A stretch of 64,000 nucleotides of DNA from Stegostoma tigrinum. Taxonomy: Eukaryota. The notes under the pieces were generated by a model. The model had not been told where the DNA came from, ran no database searches, and worked only from the letters and a program-made list of their open reading frames with translations. The translations under genes and the position numbers were made by a program. Shown here one piece after another: positions 26,130 through 39,849 of this stretch (position 1 is its first letter; every line of letters begins with the position of its first letter). Where the stretch lies: positions 1,302,001 to 1,366,000 of the forward strand of contig NC_081396.1 in NCBI RefSeq assembly GCF_030684315.1. The letters run 5' to 3'.

Positions 26130-27680
26130 AACGATATGTTGGATGTGACGGTTGGGGGGGGGGGCGGTGAGATGTGACGGCTATATTTTCGTTTTGGGAA
26201 GGGAATGTGTGGGCAGAAGTGTTGGAAACACAAGAGATGTGTTGAGGACATTTTTGTTAGCCAGAGGGGGAAGTTACAGTCTTGAAATGTCAGGATATCT
26301 AGGGCATGTGGGAGAGCACCATGTAGAAATTCAACACTGCAGAGGGTGAGGAATTGGGAGTATGGCATATCGTTATTTCAGGAAGGTGTGTGAGCTGAAA
26401 GGTCTCGAAAGGATAACAGTGGGAGTAGGTGATCTTGAAACAGATGCCATGTTCGAGGCAGACAGCAGAGATGGAGACAGAGAGGTCCAGGAAGGAGATG
26501 GAAATATTGGAGATGGTCTCCGTGATTGTGAGGACGGTGCAAAAGCTGTTAGTAAAGTTGAAGAAATGTGAAGCTCCTCTTGGAATCACGAGGCAGCACA
26601 GAAGCTGTCATCAATATAATATGGGAAGAGGTGAGAGAATATGCCAGTGTAGCAACGGAAGAGGGACTGTTACACTTATTCTACAAAAAAGACAGGCATT
26701 GTCTGAGCCCATGTGCGTGCTCACTTCCACTGCCATAGTCTGTCGAAAGTGGGAGGATTTATAGGAGAAGTTGTTAAGTGTAAGGATGAGGTTGTTGAAG
26801 TGGATGAGGGTGTCTGTGCTGGGGACAAGGGTAGAAGGACTGATTATCCATCGTCAGCATGAGGTGTGGGGAACCTGGAATTTGGAGGAGGTGGAGAGCA
26901 CAGGTGGTGTGCGAGAAATGGATGGGCGTTCTTGCTCCGGGCGAGATAATCAGAATCTGGGAATGCAGATACAAGTCCATTGGAGCAGAAGCAGGCAGAG
27001 ACAATGGGTCGGATGGAGAAGTCAGGTTTACAGATTCTGGGAAGCGGATTGAAACGGGTGATGTGGGGTTGTGGAATGGCCAGTGTGGAGTTTGTGTGTG
27101 GGAGGTCACTGAGGGTGATGGGGTTGTGTTTGATTTGAGACATGTTAGTGTGGTGGCCAGGCATGAGGAAATGATTGAGGGGATTCTGGGAGGAGGTCTC
27201 AGTGAGTTGGCACTGGGCACGCAAATATAAGTTTCACTGCAGCATACTACTGCTGTGTTTCATTAACTGTGGGTTTGAATGTGCGTCGAGGGTTAGATTG
27301 AAGGGAACGGAAGGCTGCACATTTCTTCGGAGAGAGGTTGAAGTGAATGACCCGGGTGGAGAGCTTGATGCCGTCGATTTAGTGACGACAGGTGGAAATG
27401 AGGAGGTCAAGACAGAGTAGGAGGCCATGGGGTGGTGTGCTGGAGGAATTCCTCCACCTCCATTACATTTGTTCCTCATATGCAGCGTTCCACTTACGCA
27501 CCTCCCAAATGCCCACTGGTCTGTATGTATATCCTTCTGGAGGAGTACCTTGCAATGAAGGTCAGCATTATAACTTAGGATCAAGCATGGACCAAGTTCA
27601 CGGTTATTCCGGCAAACACTTGCAGAAGTGGAAGGATTGTTTTGTGCCTTAAAATGGAGGTGTGGGTAGAGCTGTAACAT
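26130..27680 (-). mobile_element. Decayed Penelope-like element (duplicate of 10050..11600)
   Basis: MPYSQFL and IPQPHITRFNPLPRICKPDFSIRPIVSA motifs; colinear with copy A. Confidence 0.85.
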
Positions 27681-28462
27681 TAAGTGACTGGAAGGTAATG
27701 ATATTTTATCATTTTCAAAACTGAAAGCATGTTGTCTTTCACCATTTCGTGCATAACTACTCAGAGTTCATACAAGACCAGATTAAGGTCAACCTGATTA
27801 ATAGAAATCACAAACTTTCTGGGGTTGTCCTTCATCAGGTGCCTTCAACCGCTGAAGAAGCAGCCATTCGAAAGCATGTGACTTCAAATGAGCGAGTTGG
27901 ATTGTAATCTAGTGTGTTGTGACTTCTGACTTTGCCGACACCAGCCCAACACTGGCACCTCCAAATCATGTAAAGTTAATTCTGAATGAATGCAGGACTC
28001 AATGTACTTATGTTGGCTTGTACATTCCTTGTGTTGAATTTAACTTGATCACCATTCCGTTTTCCTCTACGGCGAAACGTTTTATTGAATAATAAAGTTT
28101 TGTCACGAGACATTGTTGCAGAAAATGTTGAAATTAATTTACTATGGAACTTCTTCTCCCAGACAGCCTTTGACATATTGGGAAGTTGACTGCTTGTGTG
28201 ACATGTACGAAAGGAGTCAGGGGTGGTCCAAATGTGCTGTGAACTTATTAATTGAAAGGTTCTGGCTTGATAGTCTGAATGGTCTGTGTTGCTTCGTATT
28301 TATTATGTTTTCACTACATATCTAATGACTTAAAGCCAGGAAGTCAGTAATTATGCAAAGAAAATTGAAATTTGATTTGCACACTCACTCAAACGCAGTG
28401 CTGGTTACCTTCCCTTCTTCACAATTAATGAGTCGCACATCTTGAAATCTTACGACTATCAG

Positions 28463-28799
28463 TCAAAGTCGAAACACTAATATGAATGCAACCAGCTTCA
28501 CGAAACATGTAGTAACATGGAGACATTGTCATAACGTGTCACCTGAATTTAATGTTGTCCTGGTTGAAGACAGAAGGAAAAGAACAAAGGAAAGGAAGAA
28601 ATTGATTAAGAGATTGCGAATTTTATCAGCTCTGTTTAGCAGGGGAAAATGACCAGCAGAATCTGGACACTGTTTTCTCTTGGATCTCAGGAGTCCAAAA
28701 CCATCTTTAGTCATGATCTCGAGGTCGAGGACGCCAGCATGTATCACAGTGTGATGAAGGCAGATTGTGACAAAGTGAAAATTGGCCTGTATATTATTA
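28463..28799 (+). pseudogene. Decayed Ig/TCR V segment plus RSS relic (duplicate of 12457)
   Basis: QPAS..GDIVITC..SWLK; TLFS..TIFSHDLEVEDASMYHSVMK; CAGATTG + 23-nt spacer + ATATTATTA. Confidence 0.55.
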
Positions 28800-29209
28800 T
28801 GCTTACTGTTGTATCTCTGCTGTCATGTGAGACATTTCCCACTTCAGGAGCTTTTGGAATATCAACTATTTTCAGAGAAAACAAACCTACTAATATACAT
28901 TTAAACATGTATCCTGCTGAGCTTCATAATGTTATAACGGCTATCGTAGATGAACGGCATAGACACACAAGAAATGTATATTTCTTTTTTCAGTTCAGCA
29001 GCACATGACTTGGGTAACACAGAAGAAAAGAAAGTCAGAGAAAGAAAAGCTGGAATTAAGATGTCACCTCCAGTAGTTCAGCAGAATGAGCCTTATATCT
29101 GGCAACTGCAGTGCTGAAATTTAGAACTTTCCAATTCTGTTTTCTGACAAAGAGAGAACTGCGTACAGAATAATTCTAATTTAGAAACATCGAGAAGATT
29201 TTATTCATT

Positions 29210-29327
29210 TTACCGAAAAAAGAAACCATTTAAAACGGAGAAGGTATGCGTTATCATCTTCTTCAGCTGCTCTCTGAACTTGGTCTGAGAAAAAGCGTAT
29301 ATGAAGATCTTGCTACAAGCACCAAGT
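29210..29327 (-). pseudogene. TM7/helix-8 fragment of the GPCR pseudogene D duplicate, truncated at the duplication breakpoint
   Basis: LGACSKIFIYAFSQTKFREQLKKMITHTF; homologous to 13204..13320. Confidence 0.85.
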
Positions 29328-29439
29328 CTGTTGAGAGTCAATTAAAATTCCAGCTGTTAAAGTCGGCATCGACTTTAATTCACGCGTAGAGAACATATAT
29401 GACATAAGTAACCCAAAGAAGAAGGAAGCTGAGAGAGAT

Positions 29440-29575
29440 TAGACAGAAGTAATGCTCACCAAGAACTTTCTCAATTCTGAGGACGGGTCACTGGGCCCAA
29501 AATGTCAATTTTGATTTCTGTCCACAGATGTTGACAGACTTTTTGACAATTTACAGCAAATTGTGTTTTTGTTGA
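29440..29575 (+). mobile_element. Degenerate PLE tail with hammerhead-like core
   Basis: tCTGAGGAcgggtcactgggcccAAAATGTC..tccacagatgttgacagac..cagcaaattgtgtttttgtt. Confidence 0.6.
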
Positions 29576-30209
29576 AATATTGTCATACAGAGAAAGTGTT
29601 ACGAATAATAGATCACCAGGCCGTGTATTATCTGCAGATCACTCGACAGTTGTCCTACTTTGTAATACAAAACAAATTAGTTTTGTGTATATTGTGGTAG
29701 ACAATGTCTCTTTCTGCTTGCAACACACTACCTAATTTCTCTGCAAATTTGTCTTGATCTTGTTTCTGTTCTTTTGTTCTCTCTAACATGATATCACTCT
29801 CTGCTAGCCGAGGGTATATTTCAGCATGTTGTGACACAAAAACCGGTGTTAAACGACATTTATCTCTGTTACAATTGACGTTGTCGATATTACTCAAGAC
29901 ATACATGACATTGCCATATTTCAATTTACACTACACCATAGGCCTTGACTCCGTGACAATTTATTCACACATGTCTTTGATTCTATTGAACTAAAACTCA
30001 GTCAACTGTACCTGAGCTAGTGTTGCAGTAGGCCTGGACATAATTGCTGCTGAGATGCAATATAGATATTAAAAATACATATATATATATATTCTATTAA
30101 TTCACTGTTGCTGCTTTAATCAAACTTGGTTCTCTCTCACTTATTTTTACATTAGAACGAGATAAATTCATATTAAAGAAGAAATCGAAAGAAGTGTGAA
30201 TGCTGTCAT

Positions 30210-30690
30210 TCAGAAACAAAAACACAAGTTGCTGGAAGAGCTCAGCAGGTCTGGTAGCATCTTTGAAGAGAACCAGTTTTGGGTTCAGGTCGCAGTAAGG
30301 GTCTTGGGCTCGAAATGTTCGATCTGCTTTGTCTTATGGGATGGCATGGAGACACAGTGGCTGTGTTGCCTCACAGCACCAGGGACCTGGGTTTGATTCC
30401 AGGCTTTGGCGACTGTCCGTGTGGCGTTTGCACATTCTCCCCGTGTCCGAGTGTGTTTCCTGCAGGTGCTCCGTTTTACTCCCAAAGTCCAAAGATATGC
30501 AGGTGAGGTGGATTGGCCATGCTAAATCGCCCATAGTCGTCAGGGAGGTAAAGGGTTTATGTTAGGCGGGTCTGGGGGAATGTTCTGACGTTCAGTGTGG
30601 ACATGTTGATCTGAAGAGCCTGTTTCCACACTGTAGTGGTTCTATGATATGTGGCCGGACCTGCTGAGCTTTTACAGCAACTTCTATTTA
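30210..30690. mobile_element. Fold-back PLE tail interrupted by an HE1 SINE
   Basis: aagttgctggaagagctcagcaggtctgg (left) versus ccggacctgctgagcttttacagcaactt (right); SINE inserted at ~30335..30650. Confidence 0.65.
30337..30650 (+). mobile_element. HE1-type V-SINE
   Basis: tRNA-like head gcctcacagcaccagggacctgggtttgattcc; V-domain gtgtggcgtttgcacattctccccgtgtc..cccaaagtccaaagatatgcaggt..gattggccatgctaaat; LINE-derived tail gcctgtttccacactgta. Confidence 0.85.
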
Positions 30691-30849
30691 TATAATCAGT
30701 TTGTATGTTATTGAATGTGTCACTTTTTTGCAGTACTCGCGGAGCAATCTATTTCTGAGGTTTTTCTAAATGATAACTCTTCATGTCCTGCTCGGTTTTC
30801 CATTCAATTTTTCCTGGTATCAATTGTTCACGCACTGCATAGAGATGAA

Positions 30850-31420
30850 TAATGTTTTGGAAAAAGAAATGAGTTTGTTCACTTTTGAAGGAGAAACACA
30901 TGAGCAGAGTATGTCTTAAGTGAAAACTGCTTGGATTGCGAAGATGTATAAAGTGACGTCAGCGCCTTTTTCCCACAAATCATTGAGGGTGATCATGTAG
31001 TTGCAACAAGGTATTACGAATGGCAATATAATGTTAGCCTTTATCGTAATAGAGTTTGAGTACAAGAGCAGTGACGACTTGATTCATGTATTTGGACAGA
31101 TACATGAACTGGAAAAGTTTATTATTCAATGGGCCAAATGCAAACAAATGGAACTAGTGTACATTGGGAAACTTGTTAGACATGGAAGACTTCGACCAAA
31201 AGTTCTATTTTCGTGTCTCTGTGATTGTAATGTTGACGTTAATTGGACAACACCTGGAATGCTATGTGCATGTTTGGCCGCCTCATCTCACTGAAAATTT
31301 TCTTCCTACAGGAACGTACAACGACGATACTCCAGACTTGTTCCCAAAACAATGAGAACATTGTATGAAGAGGGGCAAATTGGACGTGTGTCCTCGAGAA
31401 TTTTAAAATAATGAACATGG
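30850..31420 (+). mobile_element. Old CR1 LINE ORF2 fragments
   Basis: ANGNIMLAFI..FEYKS-like and GQHLECYVHVWPPHL (cf. RPHLEYCVQFWSPH) motifs. Confidence 0.65.
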
Positions 31421-31691
31421 ACAGCAAACAATATAACTGTGCACATGGTTGTTGAGAATCACATTAGCATCGAAACTGGTTCTTATCACCGCAGCCTGGG
31501 GGAAAATAATAAGGAACAAATCGTGAATGTGGCCTCAGATGTCACCCAGCTAGTCACTATTTCACCGGATAGAAGAAGCATGTTAGATAGACTTGATAAC
31601 ACAAAACCAGGGCACAGCAGTCAAACATGTAGATTGTGAATACTTTTTTCTTTCACTGTATTGACATCGCAGAAAGTATTTTGGAGTAGGT

Positions 31692-32032
31692 TCATCACAG
31701 ATTCCCACAATGTGGAAATTGGCCATTCATCCCATCGAGTCCACACCCACACGCTGAACAGCATCCCAAACAGCCCAACCCTTTTCTACCATCCCTCTAA
31801 CCCTGCATTTCCCATGGCTAATCCACCTATCCTGCAAAACCTCGGCACACTGGACAATTTGTTATGGCCAATCCACATATCATTCCCATGTTTGCACTGT
31901 GGGAGAAAACCAGAGAACCCAAAAGAAACCCAGGGAGGCATGGGGAGAATGGGAAAACTCCATACAATTAGTTGCTGGAGATTGGAATCGAACCTGGGTT
32001 CCTGGCACTGTGAGGCAACACTGCCAACTACG
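31692..32032 (-). mobile_element. HE1-type V-SINE
   Basis: Reverse complement of the head (ggaatcgaacctgggttcctggcactgtgaggca), V-domain (tgtgggagaaaaccagagaaccc..atggggagaatg..aaactcca) and tail. Confidence 0.85.
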
Positions 32033-32421
32033 GAAAGATTACGAAAAATGAGTCAGTTCAATAATGTGTCGAGAAAGGGAGAGTAAAGAGGTAGGGAAAA
32101 CGTCAAAAATTGCAGAAAGATGGGAGTCAACAGGACATAAATGCTGAAACTATTGAAAATAACTACCACAAATGAGCGTTGAAATAGCTTTCAAAGACAG
32201 TGAGCATGACTTCACATCACATCCAAAAGCGCAGCAGTATTGGTAGTACATCAGTCCTTTTGTGTTGGCAACAGAGAACTGTCGAAAGTGAAGAATGAGA
32301 CTCCTTCATCGAGCGGAACAAATTGAATGCAAAATTTTCTGATCCAAGTTTGCCAAATAGTATTACCAACCAAAGTACAGTGATGGAGGGAAAAGAAAAA
32401 TAGGGTTTTTTTTTGTTCTTT

Positions 32422-33323
32422 TCACTGTTTGATGCAAATTCTGAAGGTGTTGAAGGGGTAAATTAGCATTGCTTTTAGCTCCCCACGAAATCTTTTTTGG
32501 GCGATTGTGTAGATGATTACATTATTGCAGGAACTGAGCATTTGGAGCATGAAAATTGACTCTTGAAGGATGTACTGCGGGTCATTAAAGTTCATTCCAC
32601 CAAAATAGGCTTCACCTGAAATCTGCACATAGATGAAACGTCCAACATACGTGGCCCACAGGATGAGGAAACTTAGGGAGATCGCAAAGAGGAGGACAAT
32701 GGACTTCTTGCGATTGGACATCTCCTGGTCTCCACCGTTCTCTGTGCCCCGGATCCTTTTGCGTGCTCTGCTGGCTGCTAATATGCTACTGACAGTCAGG
32801 GCATTGAGCAGCAGAATGAGGAAAAACGGAGAAAAGGGGACAATGATATGGTGCAGCCAGTCGTAGGCCTGCCAAAATGGTGAAATATAATATATTGGCT
32901 TGATAATGCAGAACCAGTGCACCCCATTCAGGGAGTACAATGGGTTAAAGATGAAGTAAAAAGGGATGTTCTTGATAAAGCTCAGGATGCACACGATACC
33001 GACCACCAATGATGCAACTTTCTGGGTGCAATATTTGATCCTTAGGCTCTGGTGGCAGATAGCAACAAAACGGTCGAAAGTGAAGGCCACTGTCAACCAG
33101 ACCGAGCCATCACGTATAGTATAAATCAGCACGGTGCTAAGCCTGCATGAAAGGGTTGTGGAAAGAGCACTGTTTCGGAAATAGATCCGGACAATCCGGT
33201 TGAGGATGCACCCATTGACGATGACAAGGAAATCAGCCACTGCTATGGCGACCAGGTAGCAAGTGATGAAACAGGACAGTCCACACCGACCTCGTGATAG
33301 GATTATAATCGCCATCAAATTTG
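32422..33323 (-). CDS. GPR139/GPR142-like class A GPCR gene C, coding exon 2 (spliced protein 323 aa, intact)
   Basis: Acceptor cttccctcacag at 33324; 902-nt exon, same length as in gene A; all 7TM motifs present (AVAD, FDRFVAIC, WFC, LLFAISLSFLILW, NNVIIY, KRFRGEL); ~73% aa identity to gene A by manual count. Confidence 0.93.
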
Positions 33324-36300
33324 CTGTGAGGGAAGAAAAGCACCTTTAACAACAGTTTTGTTTTTCAGTGAATCTTTAGCAGTAATGTTCCTTTTCCATA
33401 CGTTCACCACCTCCAGACGTCGTCTATCCCAAAGCCCTAGCTAATTATCCATCATTTAATGTTGGATTAATTACATGCTAATAAAAAAACGTTGCAATTA
33501 GTGCTCAGCACAGACTCTGCTCTGTCTTCATAACGCTAATCATTGTGGGCACTTATCAAAATTAAACTTATCCCATTCAGCTTCTGCCCATGCCCCAATT
33601 CATGAAACACACCATTCATTTGTCGAACACAAACTCACTGAAGTATATTGATTGACCATTGATCTTAAATGAGGTCTTTATTTTTAACACTTTAAGTTTA
33701 ACACCTGCTATAATACTGAAGGTAACTACTGTTACACGTTTGGTAAAAATTTGATGTCACACTATAGCACATTCTTTACCTCCTCATTGATTTTATTTTT
33801 ATTTCTCAGCTATTCTGCGGAGAGACATTGCAAAGTTTTTTTCTTCAGCTTTGATGCTGAGTATGAGAATATGTTCTGCCACTTTTGTAAAACAAATGTT
33901 TTCATCCCAGTAGAGACACAGAAATTACTTAAACAAGCAATTGATTTGACGGTCTGCACATCAGCTCGCAATTTCTGGCTGACAGGCCATATATCTCGTG
34001 CTGTGTTGTTTTTTTCTGGATTGCAATCCTTCTGTCTGCTCTTTTTATCATTTACTAGACTTCTTTGAACAATTATTTAGAAACTTACTTGGATTTGTAT
34101 CTACTGGATGAGTTGGTCACCGTTATCCCCGAGATCCGATGGGTTGGCAAATGCATTGAAAATGCATGATCACTTTCAGATCATTGAAAGAGTGTGAATG
34201 CTCAATTTTACTAAGAGCACTCATGTCACTGATATTACTTCCTGTTATCTTCTCCCTGGTCTCTGAAAATCTCAGGAAGATCCTCCTGGTTGCAAGTTAT
34301 TATTTCATGTTTGCTGAGTTCTCACATCTTCATATAATGGCACAGTAGAGGTGTCCAAACTTCGGAGGAAGGTAATACTGATGTTAAAATCCCAACTAAC
34401 CCAGCTCTCCCCTGGCTCTCATACAAAGTAAACACGATTCAATCAGCACTGACTTTACTTCACTCTGATTTTAAAATTTGCCAAAGCACAAGTCGCTGTA
34501 TGGTTCAGTTGAAATCTGTCACAATAGAAAAGCTCTCTCTTTCCACAGTATTCATGCCAATGCCGAGAATGGAAACAGGTTCATCTCACGACAATATTTA
34601 CAAAAGGATTTTCACAATTGAATCCGATTTAACCAGTCTCAGTTTGCACGTGTTTCAGGCCACAATACTGATATAATGACCTTTCTGGTTCTGCAGTTTA
34701 TTTTAGCCACAAACGGCTCACAACCCCTCAATGCAACATCTTTCCTTTTCTTACCAATATTTTCGGTCCCTTCATGGTTCACAAAAACTGGATAATGCCC
34801 CTCCCTCTCAATGTTCTTCTCCATCACAGAAGAAATTACTTTATTTTTGGCACCACGCAGGCAATGGAGGTTTTGAATTTTTCAGCCATTGCTGGTATAG
34901 ACAGTATTTATTTCCTTTACAATGTCGTCCCCAGTTATTTCAATGTCTTTCTTTTCACCTTCACATGACTGGCGCTCTTAGCCATGGTACCTTGGGCAGT
35001 TTGCTAATCGTCCCTGAAATCTCCACCTTTGTCCACTTTGAGAATAGAATCCTCTACCTACAGGATGATGATACTAACGATGCATCCACAAAGCTGAATT
35101 AGACATCTTCATATTTACCTCATTGGCTGTCACACCGTTCTGACTTGGAAAGTGGTTAACTACTGAAACTGCTCAGAAGTAGGTATGTCTCTCCTTGATG
35201 TGTTGCAATGCCAGTAACTCATCAGCTATGATTCATTTTTTTTTCATTTCGCTAACAATGGCTGCACTGTCGTCCCAGAGCCCTCATATGATATAGCTGC
35301 AACATGTCACCTACTTAGCGATCTATCTTCATGCTATTAACTAGGATTTTAAATAACTTAAAGGTGAAAATCTGAAACGTGTCTTTCAGTTATGTTAATA
35401 TATCCTAATTTAAACCAAATTGCCAATCACAAGACATCAAAGAAAAATCCAACAATCACCCAAACATTACCGTGTGATGTCACATTTTGGCTCTTTCAGG
35501 AAGTATCTAGGTGGAATGATTTTCTGCCGCTTTTAATTTTTAATACTACCTCACCCGTTGTAACTGTTCTAACCATGCAAGTGAACTCTTCTCCTTACAA
35601 AAGTTTCTGACCTGTTTTCAAGTTCATTGATCAGCTATTCACGTCATTTTCCTACTATTTATTATGAATCTTCTGTCTCAGATGCTCCATTAAAGTTTAG
35701 ACGTGATCTAAGAATAAAGGTTTTGTGAACAATATCGAGTAAAGGTCTTGCAGTACCTGAAGAAAGAGAGCAACTCCAAATTCTCAATTAGAAGCTCGGC
35801 ACTACTGGGAAATAGTGACCTCATCCGCAGCAAACACATTCTGCTAATAACAACCGCATGTGCAAAACGAAACATTACAGGATAATAGGACCGATAACCA
35901 ACAATCTCACAACTAAAAGTAACATTTCTGAGCAATTCTATAATTAATTATCAAGACCGTATTATCAATGGAGATTATCTGGTGACAGCTCATGCTACTG
36001 TAAATGATGCATCTTACCAGGAATCATATTTTAGCTTACTGAAATCTGGCTATACATTTTATAGTAAAACACAGCTGATATACCGAATGCAACATGTATT
36101 GTATCTTACGATGTCAATACAATTCTATAACGTATTTTATATCGCAATGATATGCTATTGTGTTAAATGCACCAGATTATAATTTAGTATAGCATAACCA
36201 AACTGAGTGCTAACCAGCATAGTGAATTAATTTGCCTGCACTGCCATGAATTGCATCACATAACTGCTGCAACAACGAAGAAGGACCTCAGCTCTATTGT

Positions 36301-36854
36301 GTCCAGACACACCCTGAAAACGATCACTTCACTTCGTGCAGTGATCCTACTTTCTCCCCATGTCGAAGGATATTGTTACTTTCAAAATTAACACCATTTC
36401 TCTGTTGAAACTCTACCTTAAGCCTATCTCTAACATCCAGTCAGGTGTTACCATTCCACCTCGCCCACTCGATGCATGAGTATCATTTTGCCTTATGCGA
36501 AGTTTACTGTTTTTACTCAATTTGAACTGTTTATTTTCCATCGCGTATGCTGCAATCGTTTTATAAGTCGAGTCGTATTTCAGCAATGTCCGACACGGTA
36601 ATTACATGAATGTATAGTGTTACTACTTCAACAGCAATTTGTAGTCCACCATGAACTAAGGCCAAGTAATGAGCCACAGTTAGTCAGATCTTGGTAAATC
36701 ATTGTCTAACACATTTATTTACAACGCTATCTGGTTGAATTTCCTTACATTCAAATAGTGATGAATGTGAAAAAAAAAACCTGATCAGGAACTGGAAGAT
36801 ATAAAACATTTAAAATTCGGCAAACACAAGCACTTTATAAGATTTCTTTCCTAC

Positions 36855-36924
36855 CAGGGGCACCGATAGCAGCGAGAATGGGATAGCAAATGGCAGCTAC
36901 AGGTCCGTTCGCTGGTGCATGCAT
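36855..36924 (-). CDS. GPCR gene C, coding exon 1 (MHAPANGPVAAICYPILAAIGAP + G, donor gtagga)
   Basis: 70-nt exon homologous to 2465..2534; phase-1 GT at 36854..36853. Confidence 0.9.
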
Positions 36925-36969
36925 TGTTTGGCAGAAAATATAAAGTGTTCCTGAAGCAGTAGACCTTTA

Positions 36970-37036
36970 CTTTGTGGCACGTTGATGTCACCGATCATTT
37001 ATTCCAAGTGAGAGTCTCAAGAGGACGGATTAATTT
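36970..37036 (-). promoter_or_regulatory. Putative proximal promoter of gene C
   Basis: Minus strand AAATTAA..CCTCTTGAGACTCTC..GGAATAAATG..GTGCCACAAAG, colinear with 2354..2421. Confidence 0.5.
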
Positions 37037-39143
37037 GCAATGTGTATCTCATTTACAACACAGTGAGGTCATAGACTCGTATTTTTTTCATTAGAATTCT
37101 GGCAGCGCAATCGTACTTTGAGGAGAAAAGACGGAGACAATCGCCATATTTCTCTCCATTTCAGAAGCCACACTATTATGTTAGCATCATCGCAAACATT
37201 GATGGGAGATTCTGAGCTACAGCCTCATTTCAAACCTCAAACTATATCTCCTTTCTCTGCCATCGTCTCAAACATATTTGCTTTAAGTTGTCAAATCCGA
37301 TCATGCATTGGATTAATTTTTCAGTGATGTAGTGTTCAATGAGTTAACATTACCTAAATCTTAAAAGGATTAAACTTCAAATATTTGAAATCATGTTTCA
37401 GTGAACGGAAGGGAAAATACCGTGGAAAACATGTATCGCATCGAAATAGTGGACGATGCCTAATTTGTTCTGTTAAGCCACAAATGCAGAAGAAACATTA
37501 CATTCTCGTGTCCACATTCGAGTTTCTGTTGAAATAACTGTTTACAAATATCCTGATCCAAGAAAAACAGAGATCATCTTGTGAGGGAGTAGCTGAAACT
37601 TTTTTTTAGCACTAACAGCACTGGAAGCATCAAAATTGGTATTACAACTGAAGCATTAATCAGTATCTGGTAAACTGGTGAAATGAATTTATCTACTTAT
37701 CAATAAAGGAGACTGGGAAAATACAATAAAAATCAGGGTCTGTTAAAACATCAGCGCTGGTAAACCTCGTGTTAATCATCAACGAAAACAATAATTATCA
37801 CACTCTGTATTGTCACTAACAGAGATACATATTTTCATTTTAAATTCTACTATACGATTAGATTTTTGAGTAAATGGATGCTCAACCATCTGTAACGTTT
37901 ACATGCTTATCTGAAAACAGTCGATGGAAAATTATGCATCATTTGAAATCGGAAGACATTTTGTTCAGAGATCGAACAATAACTGTCTGGCAATGAATCA
38001 CAAGAAATTTTACGACTCCTTCAAAAACAATCTGTGAATAAAAAACAAATAACGAAGGACTCAGAGGAAGAGGGGACAATGAACAGGAATCTAATGTTGA
38101 AAGTCATGATCATCTGTGATCACATTAGATTGCTGAAAAAACATGATGGATAATACGGTATATTCTTCTTTCTATTCCTTTTGCTCCTCTCGTGACACTT
38201 TGCTTTTTATAGAAAGGAGCACAGACGTTTGAAGATTTCCAGATAGTCTTGGATTATTGGTGATGTCTCCGCCAATGACTGTGCAAATTCAAAGTCACTG
38301 GCATTACTAGGGAACCGAGGTAACCCGTTCATTATTCGAGCTTCCTTTCACTCATTCAGATCACATTCGATTCATCTCAACATCAGATTTCTGCATTTTG
38401 TTCCTGTTTGTTATTTCTTCAGTTTCCAAAATACATTCATATCTACTTTAAATAGATTTAAGCATCGATCACTCAGCACTGTCAAACACATGCTTTTCCT
38501 CTGATTGTCACGTATTTAGTAAAGAAAAACCTCTGTGCACTACATTTCTAACTGGCAACATGAATTCTGCATGTAAATACCATGTTCTTGATTTCCAGAT
38601 TTAGGATCACCATGACAACAGCAAAATTGTCGTGCCCCTGAAGTGTCTTAGGTAGTTTAAGTAAATAAACTCAATTATCACAGGGAAAGCCTTAGGAAAA
38701 CACCCTGTACAGCACTGCCAAGTTATCATGGAACCAGCCCCAAAAACATATGCTGCTTTATTTACCAAATTGGCAAATACTTCTTGAAGTAAGAAGAAAA
38801 AGACTAGTGCACACCATTCGAAACTGGAGTACATCAAAGCTCTTGAATCTTCATCACTTACCTGTAACTTCCATGTAGGCGTACAATTTGCACAGCCTGC
38901 AAATCAGTCCCTCACTATCTGCATATGGTTTATCCTCATTTCAAAACGTCAGTCCTTCGAGGTTACACTACTTCAACAACTGTTACATGAAAGGGAACGT
39001 TGAAAAAACTAATTAGCAAGAAGAGGAGGCCATTTTGCCTTTTCAAAAATGCAGCACAGTTTGATAAAATCATGGCTGTTATGGAGTCGCTTCAACTCTC
39101 CTTTCTGGCAAATACAATATAATAAAATAATTTGGCACACTTG

Positions 39144-39191
39144 TTGTGTGTGTGTGTGTGTGTCAGAGATAGAGAGAGAGAGAGAGAGAGG
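39144..39191 (+). repeat. Compound (TG)n(AG)n microsatellite
   Basis: Direct sequence. Confidence 0.95.
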
Positions 39192-39849
39192 GACCCTGTC
39201 TCAATTCTATCGAAAATAGGACGCCTTTATTTTTCATTGTGTCTAATAATTTTACGTTATCCTTTGCAAATTCTAACGGTGCAAACACATTCAACGTTGC
39301 CAAAAAAGATTATGAGTTTCAGTTCTGAAGACAATTTGATTAAGTTAGATCTGTTTTGCTCAGAGAAAACATACACTCAGCCAAAGTGGGTCATTGTAAT
39401 GCTTCATATGGTAGAAACCTCAGCTCAACTCTTCAACAGATTTGTCAATTGCATTCCCTCTATCATAAGAGCAGGAAGAAAAATCTACTGATCATTGTGC
39501 AACATTTGCCTATCACGGTTCTTCACATGCTGAAGCAAATAGAGCCAAAAGCAGCAACATTAAACAGCAAGCAGGTTCACGTGGAGCCGTGACTGCACAT
39601 GACAGAAGCACTTGGAAGCGTATATCTCCAATACAGGATCATCAGACGACTTGTCCATGACATTGATAGTCAGTTTTTGGATTGCAGTGTGACTGCCAGT
39701 GTACATTCATGGCACTTCTGCAGTTCCTGAAGCATATTAACCTACATCGTGGTGTAAAGGAGCAATTTTTAATATTGTAGATGTAATTAGTTTGGTGGCG
39801 TTTTAAATTGGGAGTGTAACATTGCAAAGAACCAAAGAAAAGGCAGGAT

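Larger units (their letters stand above)
16285..29327 (+). repeat. Tandem segmental duplication, copy B
   Basis: Colinear with 1..13320; similarity stops abruptly after ...gctacaagcaccaagt at ~29327, inside a GPCR pseudogene. Confidence 0.97.
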
